From the NCBI GenBank assembly GCA_963805625.1, contig CAWDVE010000014.1, positions 1-64,000 of the forward strand: a stretch of 64,000 nucleotides of DNA, in the 5' to 3' direction. The notes under the pieces were generated by a model. That model did not search any database and was not told where the DNA came from. It worked only from the letters and a program-made list of their open reading frames with translations. Source of the stretch: an uncultured Candidatus Rokubacteria bacterium. Lineage in GTDB: Bacteria > Methylomirabilota > Methylomirabilia > Rokubacteriales > DASRDR01. Made by a program: the position numbers and the translations under genes. Every line of letters starts with the position of its first letter. Positions within the stretch are counted from its first letter, which is position 1. Below are positions 30,124 to 40,491 of the stretch, in pieces.

Positions 30124-31619
30124 TGCTGTTGGTCCATAAGAATGTCATGGGCTAACTGTTCAGTGAGAGTGTCACCCCATGCCGACATGGGAGCCCTCAC
30201 GATGAGTCGCAAGGAAGTCCCGCGGCCCGGCCTGCTCAAGGCGGCCCTGGCCGGGAAGTTCACCAATGCCGAGGGAGCCGGGGCCTTGCACCTGAGCGTC
30301 CGGCAGTTCATCCGGGTCAAGCATCGCTTCCAGGCCGCCGGGGCGTCGGGCCTGTGCCACCGCCTGCGGGGGCGACCCTCCCCCCGCCGGCTGCCGGCCG
30401 ACGTCCGGGCGCGGGTGGCGGCGCTCCTGCAGACCACCTACCTCGATGTCAATGACTGCCACGCCACGGAGAAGCTGCGCGAGGTCGAGGGCCTCCGCGT
30501 CAGCCGGGCCTCCGTGCGGCGGATCCGCCGCGCCCTGGACCTGCCGGCCAAGCATCGCCGCCGGCCCCGCCAGCACCGGGCTCGCCGGACCCCGGAAGCC
30601 CGCAGGGGCGTCCTCGTCCAGCTCGACGGCAGCCCCCACGCGTGGCTCGAAGACCGGGGCCCCGCCCTGACCCTCCACGGCGCGATCGACGACGCCACCG
30701 GCACGGTCCTGGCCCTGCACGTTCGGCCGACCGAGGACCTGCACGGCTACGCCACCGTGCTCCAGCAAATCGGTCTGGCCTACGGCCTCCCGCTGACCCT
30801 GTACGGCGATCGTTTCGGCGTTTTCGTCCGCAACGACCCGCACTGGACGCTCGCGGAAGAACTCCAAGGCCACCAGCACCCCACCCATTTCGGCCAGATC
30901 CTCCGAGACCTCGCCATCGGCTTCCTGGCGGCGGGCTCCCCCCAGGCCAAGGGGCGCATCGAACGGCTCTGGCGCACCCTGCAAGATCGCCTCGTCGTCG
31001 AGCTCCGCCTGCGCGGGATCGCGACCCGCGCGGCGGCCAACGCCTTCCTCCCTGAGTTCCTCGCCGATTACAATGGCCGCTTCGCTCATCCCCCCACCGA
31101 CGCCCACGCCGCCTGGCGGCCGCGGCCGCGGGACTTCGCCGACCAACTCAGCTGCCGCTACACCCGCGTCGTCGCCCCCGACAACACCGTCCGCCTGGGG
31201 ACCCGCTGGGCCCAGATCCCCCCCGGTCCTTCCGGCCGCTCCTCCGCGGGCCGCCGTGTCGACCTCCGCGAGTGTGTCGACGGCCGGCTCCTTGTCGTCC
31301 GCGCCGGCGGGCGACTCGTCAGTCAGCCCTCGCCGGGGCCTGATTTCGTCCTCACGCCCCGCAGCAAGCCCCACGCGGAGCGCACGCGTCGCCTACGCGC
31401 CTCCAGGACTGCGTCGGAGGAGGGGGGCCGCCATCAGAGTATTCCCCAGAAACCGCCTGCGCGCCCCTCGGCGCGCCGCCTCACCCCGACCACCCAGACG
31501 GCTCGCCCCGCCGCCACGCATCCCTGGCGCCGCTCACTCAACCTCCGTCGCCACACCCCTCACACAGGGGTGACATTCTCACGGAACAGTTAGGGTGACA
31601 TTTTCACTGGACAGCTACA
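30124..31619 (+). mobile_element. complete IS1202-family (ISNCY/IS481-related) insertion sequence
   Basis: About 50-bp imperfect IRs with internal TGTCA repeats, right end ...CTACA. Flanked by the 18-bp direct repeat CCAGTCTTGGCACGCATG at 30108-30125 and 31620-31637. Confidence 0.85.
30187..31593 (+). CDS. DDE transposase (ISNCY/IS1202 type)
   Basis: N-terminal HTH LSVRQFIR, LVQLDGSPHAW, AIDDATG, LYGDR, SPQAKGRIERLWRTLQDRL. Confidence 0.92.
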   Translation: MGALTMSRKEVPRPGLLKAALAGKFTNAEGAGALHLSVRQFIRVKHRFQAAGASGLCHRLRGRPSPRRLPADVRARVAALLQTTYLDVNDCHATEKLREVEGLRVSRASVRRIRRALDLPAKHRRRPRQHRARRTPEARRGVLVQLDGSPHAWLEDRGPALTLHGAIDDATGTVLALHVRPTEDLHGYATVLQQIGLAYGLPLTLYGDRFGVFVRNDPHWTLAEELQGHQHPTHFGQILRDLAIGFLAAGSPQAKGRIERLWRTLQDRLVVELRLRGIATRAAANAFLPEFLADYNGRFAHPPTDAHAAWRPRPRDFADQLSCRYTRVVAPDNTVRLGTRWAQIPPGPSGRSSAGRRVDLRECVDGRLLVVRAGGRLVSQPSPGPDFVLTPRSKPHAERTRRLRASRTASEEGGRHQSIPQKPPARPSARRLTPTTQTARPAATHPWRRSLNLRRHTPHTGVTFSRNS

Positions 31620-31711
31620 CCAGTCTTGGCACGCATGTAGATCTCGGCAGTTCGTTCCGCTCCGGTGTGGGACCGCCAACGCAGCGCGTCTCAACGGGTG
31701 AGCGCGCAGGC

Positions 31712-32490
31712 TCAGGTCGTGCTGTAGCCACCATCGATCAGGAGATCAGCGCCGGTCATGAAACTGGACGCGTCGCTCGCAAGAAAAAGCGCCGCTCGCG
31801 CGATCTCCTCAGGCCGTCCGAGTCGCCCCAAAAGATGCTTTGGTCCGGATATCCGGCGCGCGTCCTCGATTGAACCGAAGTAGTGGACCAGACGCCCAGT
31901 CTCTACGGCACCAGGAGAAAGCGAGTTCACTCGAATGCCAACGGCGGCATGATCCACAGCCATCGCTCTCGCAAGTTGGATCAGCGCGCCCTTGGCGCTG
32001 CAGTACGCTGCGTGCTTGGCTGCGGCGACGCTCCCAAGCTGTGAGGCAATGTGGATGATGGAGCCACCGCCAGACTTCGCCATCAGCGGCACGACGAACT
32101 TGCTCATTAGAAACGCACCACCCACCATCACGCCATACACGATGTTCCACTGAGCGACGTCATACTCCAGGATGGTGCCTCCTGCCTCTCGGACGGCAGC
32201 CCCGTTCACTAACACGTCGATCCGGCCAAGTGCGCGATACGCTGCATCCACCGCAGCCTTGGCCTGCGCCTCTATCGACACGTCACAGTGGATACCGACG
32301 GCGGCGCCACCCGCATCCCTAAGGTAATCGCTCCCACCGTGTCTCGCGTGCCGGGCTCATCGAGATCCACACACGCGATGCCCGCGCCGGCGCGAGCCAG
32401 CTCAAGTGCGATCGCGCGGCCGATGCCATTCGCGCTGCCCACAACGATCGCGGCCTTCCCGATGAGGCTGTACGGATCCTGTGCGGTCAC
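31712..32490 (-). CDS. short-chain dehydrogenase/reductase (frameshift near 32310)
   Basis: N-part VGSANGIG in ORF 32272-32652. C-part YCSAKG, IRVNSLSPG, IDGG in ORF 31712-32281. Confidence 0.8.
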
Positions 32491-32599
32491 GCGACTTCTC
32501 GCATTCTTGCCTCGTGTCTCCCGACGATCGAACGGGATCTGAGCCAGTGTAAAGACAGTCATGCCACGGGCATGCCGTTTGTCGTCTCCAGCGACGTGT

Positions 32600-32743
32600 G
32601 AGGATGACCTCGAGGAGGTGCGCGCGCTCCTCGGCCATGCTCGGATCGACACGACTCAGATCTATACGCGCATCCGGCCGCCACAGTTCCAGCGCGCGGT
32701 CCCGTTCTACGACCAGACTGCACGGCGGATGCTCATCAGCTGA
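32600..32743 (+). pseudogene. C-terminal remnant of a tyrosine recombinase/integrase
   Basis: DLEEVRALLGHARIDTTQIYT is the box II LGH...Y catalytic motif. The rest of the gene is missing. Confidence 0.8.
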
Positions 32744-32890
32744 TGCACGGTTCAAGGCCCCGTTTGAGCCTCGATGTGCAACGGCTCGAACAGGATTTGA
32801 ATGGGCGGAATCCCGTTCGATCGGAATCGGGTTTCAGGACGTTGGCCAAGGCCCTCAAATCGGGGAACGAAACATCCAGAGAACATCGAG

Positions 32891-32936
32891 TGGTGGCTCC
32901 AGCGGGATTCGAACCCGCGTTTTGGCCTTGAGAGGG
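32891..32936 (-). repeat. 3' half of tRNA-Glu(CTC) (att fragment, not a full tRNA)
   Basis: Minus strand CCCTCTCAAGGCC-AAAAC-GCGGGTTCGAATCCCGC-TGGAGCC-A-CCA. Truncated just 5' of the anticodon loop. Confidence 0.85.
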
Positions 32937-32955
32937 TTGTAACCAGGACTGTGGT

Positions 32956-33008
32956 GACGCGGACTTAGGGCGCGGTTGCCACCGGCGGTTGCCACCGCGC
33001 CTTCGAGT
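32956..33008. repeat. integrase arm-like tandem repeats (copy 2)
   Basis: GACGCGGACTTA and a 23-bp exact match CGGTTGCCACCGGCGGTTGCCAC to 19757-19779. Confidence 0.7.
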
Positions 33009-33244
33009 GCGCAACAGGCTAGCCTGGACACCGCCTCGGCAACAGCCCGAAGTCGTCCGCGGAGAGTGGCCATCCCAAGCCGAACGATGGCGGACGGCCC
33101 CTTGATCTGGTAGGAAGCGGCCGCCACGCCCTACGGGAAGTCGCGTGGGAAACGGGTGGCCGGTCGCTCCGGCGTCAGTCGCTCCCGCCAAGTCCGGAGC
33201 CCGTCGAATGGACGGAGGCGCTGCTGTGACCATCGGCCTTCCCC

Positions 33245-33410
33245 TCAGCGGGCGCCGACGGGCACACCTTTCGCGGCGGCCACGATGAGCGCCGCGACCG
33301 CACCTGGCTGCGACACGTAGATCGCGTGGCTCCCCCGCCCCTCGACTACGGTCGATCCGGCGCGCTTTGCCATAACGCGCTGGGCCGGCGGTGGGATCAT
33401 CCGGTCTTTG
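33245..33410 (-). pseudogene. C-terminal fragment of an alpha/beta hydrolase
   Basis: KDRMIPPPAQRVMAKRAGSTVVE..GSHAIYVSQP contains the catalytic Asp/His region only. Confidence 0.7.
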
Positions 33411-33419
33411 GACGGATGC

Positions 33420-34667
33420 CTATGGATTGACACGCTGGACGACGAACGCACCCCACGCACAAGCCACCATCAGCACCAGACCCGGCAGGATCTCGACGGC
33501 GTACTGGCGGTCACCGAGTGCCAAGGCGCCGACCATCTTGCCTACGGTGTTGCTGGTGAAGCCCGTCAGGACCCCGAGCGATGCGAGTTCCATGTTCGTC
33601 GAGCTGCCCGCCACGGACACAGCCGAAATAGCCGCGGCGTGCGCATCGGCGAATCCCGCGAAGGCTGAACCGAGCAGCAGCCCGCTGGAGCCGAGCCAGC
33701 GCGTCAGAAGCGTGGAGCCGACCAGGGCACAGCCCAGGATCGCCATGAACAGGAGTGCCGTCCTGGGGTCGAAGGGACGACCGCTGCCGACGTTGTCATC
33801 CTCGGCTTGCCGCACGCTGCGCAGCGTGAAGAACGCGCCATAGACGATCGCGGCGAGTCCCGCTGCCCCCAGCGGCAGCATCAGGCTGCGTAAGGCTGCC
33901 ACGTTGGTGAGACCGATGACGATGGCCAGTTGCAGTACCGTCGCCACCGACGACAGCACCGCCCCGGCCACGGCGCCTTGACGCAGGGTCGGATGTGCTT
34001 TGGCACGAGCCCCCATCGCGGCGATGGTTGCCGTACTCGATACGAATCCGGACATCAACCCGGCCAGCGGTAACCCGAAGCGCGCGCCGAGCGTTCTCAA
34101 GGCTACGTAGCCGAGCGCATTGATCGCCATGAGCAGCACGACCAGCAACCAGAGCTTGCGCACATTGACGACGCCCCAGGGGTCGATCGGCTGATCCGGA
34201 ACCAGAGGCAGAATCACGAGCGCCGCTGCGGCCAGCAGCAGGCCGTCATGGACTTCCGTGTCGGTCAGAACGCTGTGGATGAAAGTATGCAGCCGGGATC
34301 GCGCCGCCAGGATGATTGCCACGATCACCGCAATGCCCGCGGCCATGCCGGGTTGCCGCGTGGCCCAGGCACCGAGCAGAAAAGTGGTCATGAGCGCAAT
34401 CTCAGTGGTCATCCCTGGATCCACAGTCTGCGTACGCTGGTAGCCGACGATGACCAGCAGGCCGACGACGACACTTAAGGAGACCAGGGCCCACTCATCG
34501 ATCGTGAGCGCGATTGCGCCGGTGAGCGAGGTGAGCGCAAACGTGCGGACGCCGGCCACCTGACGGTCCGGCCCCTGGCCCTTGCTGCGCTCGCGTTCGG
34601 TGCCGATCAGCAGGCCGAGTCCGAGGGCCACAGCCAGTCCGATGAGGTGTTCCTCGAGCACATCCAT
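33420..34667 (-). CDS. MgtC/SapB + DUF4010 membrane protein
   Basis: GLLIGTERE...AGVRTF, GMTTE, GFVSSTAT, G.ADAHA. Confidence 0.9.
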   Translation of the reverse strand: MDVLEEHLIGLAVALGLGLLIGTERERSKGQGPDRQVAGVRTFALTSLTGAIALTIDEWALVSLSVVVGLLVIVGYQRTQTVDPGMTTEIALMTTFLLGAWATRQPGMAAGIAVIVAIILAARSRLHTFIHSVLTDTEVHDGLLLAAAALVILPLVPDQPIDPWGVVNVRKLWLLVVLLMAINALGYVALRTLGARFGLPLAGLMSGFVSSTATIAAMGARAKAHPTLRQGAVAGAVLSSVATVLQLAIVIGLTNVAALRSLMLPLGAAGLAAIVYGAFFTLRSVRQAEDDNVGSGRPFDPRTALLFMAILGCALVGSTLLTRWLGSSGLLLGSAFAGFADAHAAAISAVSVAGSSTNMELASLGVLTGFTSNTVGKMVGALALGDRQYAVEILPGLVLMVACAWGAFVVQRVNP

Positions 34668-35172
34668 GCAGGTATGTTACGTGAGCGGGCCGAGCCGTAG
34701 GGGCGGATCACCGCGCCGGCGGTGTCAACCCACGCGATGGCCGGCATTCCTTTGCAAACCGTGGGATTTCGGGAGATCAGGCAGGCTCCACCGTGACGCG
34801 CTGCGGCCCGAGGTGGCTTCGTGTCACCGCCCTGTGGCCCGCCGCACGTCGCCCTGGCGACCGGAACGGCCGAAGGCATCGTCCGCGCGCTCAAGCGAAA
34901 CGAGCTCTAACGGCCAGCCGAGCCACCGACGGCGCCCCCCGGCGACCGCGACGCCGCGTCCGCTCCGCCGGCACGGATGGAAGCCCGCAACCACTTGCCG
35001 GCCAACTGCGGGCTACTCAACGTCGGTTCGAGAGAGACGTCGCGTGCCGACATATGTCGTCCCGCAGCGTACGAGCATGGTGGCATGCCGAGCACTTCCT
35101 CTGCTCAATCCTTAGTCTTGGCCGGTCCGACTTGCCACCTTCCGTCACCCAACTCTCGATCGGTTCTCGGCC

Positions 35173-36185
35173 TCAGCTCCCACGCTTCATGGTCTTCTCC
35201 CAGAAGCGGATGGCGTCGGCCATCCATCCTTGGGCACTCGTGCCCGTGCCGAGCCCGAAGCCATGGCCGAGATGTCCGAACTTATGATACTCGACCAGCG
35301 TACCGGCCCTGCGAAGGGCCGCGATCCGCTGTTCCATGCTCGATGCCGGCGCAATGCCATCTTGCTCGCCGACGACCACAAAGGTCGGAGGCTCATCGGA
35401 CGAATAGTCTGAATGCGCGGTGTAGGCCATCACGACGGCGGACGGCTTTGGAAGGGAGTCACCTCCAAACCCTGCAACCCCGTCCGAACCGATTGCGGCC
35501 GCCATCCTCGCGCCCGCCCAACTCCCCCACACCGAATAATCCTGGGTGCTGACTCCGAGCGTGCGGGCACCCCTGAAGATGTAGGAGATGGCCGCCGCCA
35601 TGTCCTGGGTAGCCGCCGCACTGCCATGACCGGCCCGGTATTTCAGGACGAAGGCGTGTACCCCCGCCCGCTGATCTCCACGGCATAGGGAAAGCCTTCG
35701 TGGACGGAGCCCACATAGGAGAACCCGCCACCCGGGGCGACAATGGCAAACGGCGCTCCGACCGTACCGCGGAAGAAGAACAACCCGGTCTGTTCTTTCG
35801 ATGGCTCTGCCCGCTTCTGCGCCTCGGTGTAGACATCGAAGAATATGGTCTTGCCGCGGTTCACATCGTCAATCATGTGATTCATGGCGCCCACCACCAC
35901 ATCCGGACTCACATGGGTGTGATACGGCAGCAGCGAGCCGATGTCGCTCAACCGTGTGTCTTCAGCATAGGCGCGATCATCCCAGGGCAGTATCAACCGA
36001 CCATGACCGGCGAACGCCGGATGATGCAGGACGTCCCGGATACTGCTGGCCACGCTCAGGTGGCCGCTAGTCACCGGCTCACTCGCATTGCCACGGGAGA
36101 GGACAGTCTCGCTCTGTCCAGCTTCCGCAAGCGAAGCCATCCAGAGCACCGAGAACGCCAAGCCGGTGGTTCTGAGGACATCCAT
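35173..36185 (-). CDS. secreted alpha/beta hydrolase (frameshifts near 35610-35660)
   Basis: Signal peptide, APGGGFSYVGSVHEGFP, nucleophile GSWAG, VGEQD, GHGFG. ORFs 35643-36242 and 35173-35601. Confidence 0.8.
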
Positions 36186-36460
36186 TCCTCTGATTGTGGA
36201 TCCTTGCCACGGCCGCCGCCACCGCGATGCGGAACCTGTCAACGAGAGTGAGACAGTGGGGCCATGAGTTTAGTGGAGGAGTGCCTTTTTGGTTGTCCGG
36301 GGTAGCGGTGGCCCACTTGATCTTGATGCTGCGGGAAGCCTGGCCCGTGGTTTGCTCCCGTGACTGCGGCCAGCCGATGACGTGATCTGCCCGGATCATT
36401 CATCCGCTCGCGCCCGCATCGAGGGCGGAATCGTCACGGCCGGTTTGGTCCTGGGACCTG

Positions 36461-36961
36461 CTAGAAGTGAAATCGCACGACCACCGGCGGCATCCCCTGT
36501 CGCGGAAAGACCAGAAACACATTACTATACTCGTCCCGGCCGATCGGAACGTCTGCTGTGTGTCCCAGCGCCCTGAGCAACACCGGGATGGTTTGCGAAT
36601 GGCTGACGATGAGCACACGATCCTGGGTGTGCTCGACGGCAAGCCGCCTCACCAGTGCCTCGATCTCGCGTCGCGGCACGATCCGGCTGTCGATCGCCAA
36701 CACCTTCGCCAGTGGTTGCGCGGTCTGAATCGTCCGCAGAGTCTCGCTCGTGTAAATGACGCGGATGCCCGCGTCTCTGAGGACGCTGGGTAGCCGTGCA
36801 GCGCGCTGATGGCCGATGTCCGTTAGCGGTGGATCCTCCCCATCGACCGCCTGCTCCGTATGCCGAATGATGAAGACCGCCTCTTGGGCCATGCTTGCGA
36901 GTGGGACCAGGAGGCAGAGGCAGGTGAAGAAGACGATGACAGCAAGTCTCCCGAAAGGCAT
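36461..36961 (-). CDS. histidine phosphatase (PGAM/SixA-like) family protein, exported
   Basis: Signal peptide, IRHTE, PLT..G..RA, RTIQTA, VSHS. Confidence 0.88.
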   Translation of the reverse strand: MPFGRLAVIVFFTCLCLLVPLASMAQEAVFIIRHTEQAVDGEDPPLTDIGHQRAARLPSVLRDAGIRVIYTSETLRTIQTAQPLAKVLAIDSRIVPRREIEALVRRLAVEHTQDRVLIVSHSQTIPVLLRALGHTADVPIGRDEYSNVFLVFPRQGMPPVVVRFHF

Positions 36962-36982
36962 GCGTGTCGCCCTCCCTTCCTC

Positions 36983-37966
36983 TCACCGGAGCACGTGGTC
37001 GGCCCGAGTGAGGATTGTCGGCGGCAGGATCAGCCCCAGGGCCTTCGCAGTCCTTGCATTCACCACTAGCTCGAACTCAGTCGGCTGCTCGACCGGCAGG
37101 TCGCTCGGCCGAGCTCCCCTTAAGATCTTGGTCACGTAGCCGGCAGCCTGTCGAAACACCTTGGCATGGCTCGGGCCGTATGCCATCAGGCCTCCCGCCT
37201 CGACGAATTCCCGGGATGCGTACATAGCCGGAAGGCGATGCTGGCCCGCCAGCATGACGATCAAACTGCGATGCCGAGCATTCACCGGTGTCTCAGGCGC
37301 ATACAACGCGTCAGTCCGCTCCCGGGAGAACCACGCGAAGACGTCCCGAAACTCCTCTGGTGTGGCCGCTTCCGGCGAGACCAGCAACGCCAACCCTAAC
37401 GCCCGCGCTGCGTCGCGCATCGGGGCCGGATCGACCCGGCTGGCCGAGTCCAGCACGACCCCCACGCGAGTGGCCGCCGGCACGGTCTCTTTCAGCAGCT
37501 GGAGGCGCTTCCCTTCGATCTCACGGCCGGCCGAATCGGACACGCCCGTCACATTGCCGCCGGGATGTGCCAGGCTCGCCACCAACCCGAATCCTACCGG
37601 ATCAGCGGCCCCGGCGAAGACGATTGGAATGGTACTCGTGGCGACCTTGGCGGCGCGTACGGCGGACGCGCCAGAGGCAATGATGACATCCACCTTCAAG
37701 CCCACAAGTTCCGTCGCCAGCTCGGGAAGCCGGTCGGCCCGGCCACCGGCGTATCGGCGCTCGATCGTGATGCTCTTTCCCTCGACCCACCCATCCTCGC
37801 GGAGCCCCTCCAAGAGGGCAGCCTCAATGCGCGGAGGCAACCCGTCGGCGAGTGAGAGGAAGCCGACCCGAGGGACTCTCCCCGCGAGCTGTGCCTCGGC
37901 GGCGAGCGCCGCCACGAGGAACGCGATCGTCAGGATGGCCATGGGAACGCGCCGTGAAACCGTCAT
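36983..37966 (-). CDS. ABC transporter substrate-binding protein (ABC_sub_bind type)
   Basis: AEAQ signal, DPVGFGLVASLAHPGGNVTG, GKRLQLLKE, GGLMAYGP, LPVEQPTEFELVVN. Confidence 0.92.
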   Translation of the reverse strand: MTVSRRVPMAILTIAFLVAALAAEAQLAGRVPRVGFLSLADGLPPRIEAALLEGLREDGWVEGKSITIERRYAGGRADRLPELATELVGLKVDVIIASGASAVRAAKVATSTIPIVFAGAADPVGFGLVASLAHPGGNVTGVSDSAGREIEGKRLQLLKETVPAATRVGVVLDSASRVDPAPMRDAARALGLALLVSPEAATPEEFRDVFAWFSRERTDALYAPETPVNARHRSLIVMLAGQHRLPAMYASREFVEAGGLMAYGPSHAKVFRQAAGYVTKILRGARPSDLPVEQPTEFELVVNARTAKALGLILPPTILTRADHVLR

Positions 37967-37995
37967 GTCTCCTCTCCGGCTCGAGATCGTGCGCC

Positions 37996-38665
37996 TCAGC
38001 ATAGCTCCGGTCCTGACCACCCGTCAGGCGCGATTTCGGTGGAGCCGGTCGCGGGAGGATTGATCCAGACTTCCGTCGGACACGCCGGCGGCCGGGGGAG
38101 CCCGCGGGGGAAGCGCTCTGGGCGCGCGGCGTGAGCCGTGGCGAGTACGACCGCTCGCGCTGCCACGCGTTGGTCGGCCAGGCCGTGGTGGACGTCATGG
38201 GGCGTCAGGAGCCCAAGGCCGCTGTGCCGATGCTCCGTGTTGTACCAGGGGAAGAAGGCGTGGCAGTAGGCGCGGGCGTCCTGGATCGAGCCGAACCGCT
38301 TCGGGAAGGCGGGCCGATACTTGAGCGTCTTGAACTGCGCCTCCGAGTAGGGATTGTCATTGGAGACGTGGGGTCGAGCATGGGTCTTGGTGACACCCAG
38401 GTCAGCTAGGAGGAGCGCCACGGGCTTCGAGGTCATCGCGGGTCCGCGATCTGCGTGGATGGTCAGCTGATTGCGTTCGATCCCCTGCCGGACACACGTC
38501 TCGCGGATGAACCGCTCCGCCAGCGTGGCGCTCTCCCGATGCGCCACCATCCAGCCCACCACGTACCGACTGAAGACGTCGAGTAATGTGGAGCTCCACA
38601 TGAGTCGAGCATGACATACAGGTAGAAGTAGGTCCACTTGGCCGGGCCGAGGAGCTTGGTGATGT
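37996..38665 (-). pseudogene. 3' part of an IS3-family transposase, truncated and frameshifted
   Basis: ITKLLGPAKWTYFYLYVMLD / VFSRYVVGW, HADRG, SNDNPYSEAQFKTLKY, WYNTEHRHSG. The 5' part is replaced by the neighbouring IS. Confidence 0.85.
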
Positions 38666-40007
38666 TGTCCTTCGCCAAAACCCCGTCCAGCGGCCAGGCG
38701 GTTGATCTTTCAGCTCGGATCCGGAGACAATGGCCGTCCCATGATCACCACGCTGCTCCACCTGCTTCGCCTCTTCCCGTTCCTCTGCGGCGGCCACCGC
38801 CAGCTCGCTCTCGAGAACCGTGCCTTGCGCCAGCAGCTCGTCGTGTACAAGAGAACGGCGAACCGGCCTCAGCTGCGCCCCCGCGATCGGCTCTTCTGGG
38901 TCGGCTTGTCCAGGGTGTGGACGGGATAGAGAACGGCCCTCGTGATCGTGGCGCCCGACACCGTCCGGCGCTGGCAGCGGCGCCGCTTCCGCCTGCACTG
39001 GTCCAAGCTCTCCGGTCAGCCCACTGGGGGCCGCCCGCCCATCAGCCCCGAGATCAGAGCCCTTGTCACACGAATGGCTGCGGCAAATCCCCTGTGGGGC
39101 GCCCCCAGAATCCATGGCGAACTCCTGAAGCTCGGTATCGACGTGGCCGAGCGCACCGTCTCCCGGCTGATCCCCAAGCGGCGCTCACCGCCCTCTCAGA
39201 CCTGGCGCGCGTTCTTGACCAACCATGTCGCGGACCTCGGTGCCATCGACTTCTTTACCGTACCCACCGCGCACTTGCGCGTGTTCTTCGTCCTCATCGT
39301 GCTCGCCCACCATCGCCGCCGTGTCCTCCACTTCAACGTCACCGAGCATCCCCCCGCCACATGGACCGCCCAGCAGATGGTGGACGCCTTTCCGGAAGAC
39401 TCCGCGCCGTCCTATCTCCTCCGCGACCGCGACAGCGTCTACGGTCACCTCTTTCAGCACCGACTGAGGGGCATGCGCATCCGTGAAGTGCTGACGGCCC
39501 CCCACAGCCCATGGCAGAACCCGGTCGTGGAACGCCTCATCGGCTCGATCCGGCGCGAGTGTCTGGATCATGTCCTCGTCCTGGGCGAGAGCCACCTGCG
39601 CCGCATCTTGACCCGCTACCTCGCGTACTCTCACCGCGCACGCACTCACCTCGCACTCGACAAGGATGCGCCCGACGGGAGGCCCAGCGAACCGCCGGCA
39701 CTGGGCACGATCATGGCGATTCCCGACGTCGGTGGGCTGCATCACCGATACGTCCGCCGGGCGGCATAATCCAGCATCGCTCGGCCGGCCTACCGCTCCC
39801 CAGCGCCACGGCCCTCACGACACGATCCTTCCTTCTGGGGCCAATCCGCCCACGCTGATCGACCGTTTGGGATGGCGGGACCGATGGCCTCAATCTGCCG
39901 ACTGCCCTGCGTCGAACGTCCCACCCACCATTCTTCGAGCGTGTTGGGCCTCTCCCAAGAGCACGGATCGTCGCCAAGCGAATCGGACGCGGTTTTGGCG
40001 AAGGACA
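38666..40007 (+). mobile_element. IS-like element with integrase-core (rve) transposase
   Basis: Perfect 17-bp IRs TGTCCTTCGCCAAAACC (38666-82) and GGTTTTGGCGAAGGACA (39991-40007). No flanking target duplication. Confidence 0.8.
38741..39769 (+). pseudogene. integrase-core transposase with in-frame TAG at 38927-38929
   Basis: LALENRALRQQL...W(TAG)...WGAPRIHGELLKLG, DFFTV, RDRD, PWQN..VERLIGSIRRECLD, GGLHHRY. Confidence 0.85.
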
Positions 40008-40438
40008 GGCGTGTGGTGAATCCTCAGCAGTCGCTGGTGGCCGGGGTAGAGCGGGCGTGTCCAGGTCGCCTCGGACTCGAACGTCACGGGCAATCGGCCC
40101 TCTTCGCGCACCACGAACGTGTAGCCCAACAGGAACGCAGGCACCGGGCCGTGCGTCGTAAGGCGGATCTCGAAGCTGTACGTGTCCGCATCCAGGAAGA
40201 AACTCTCATCGGCTAGGAAGTTCGCTTCTACCCATGGCCGATGCGTGGCGTCGAACATCCGCTGCGTGGTCGAGGCCTGCCGCTTAGCCTCACGGGCCAG
40301 GCGCCACGTGAGGGCGGCGTAGACACCGGCTACGACGACGCCCGCGACAGTCGCCAAGCCGGTCAGTCCGCTCAGCGCCGCCTGTTCCTTGCTGAGCCAG
40401 CCCCAAAGGTTGTTCCACCACGAGATCAAACTGTCCAC
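40008..40438 (-). CDS. hypothetical membrane-anchored protein, C-terminally truncated by the IS
   Basis: TM helix followed by YAALTWRLAREAKRQ...RPWV. The frame enters the IS IR at 40007. Confidence 0.6.
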
Positions 40439-40491
40439 GGCGGCGAGGGTAGCACGCCGGGTCTACAGACCAGTCACGTGAAAGGAGATGC

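Noticed and set aside
32891-32936. second tRNA gene
   Set aside because: Only the 3' half is present. The D-arm and 5' acceptor strand are missing, so it is an att fragment.
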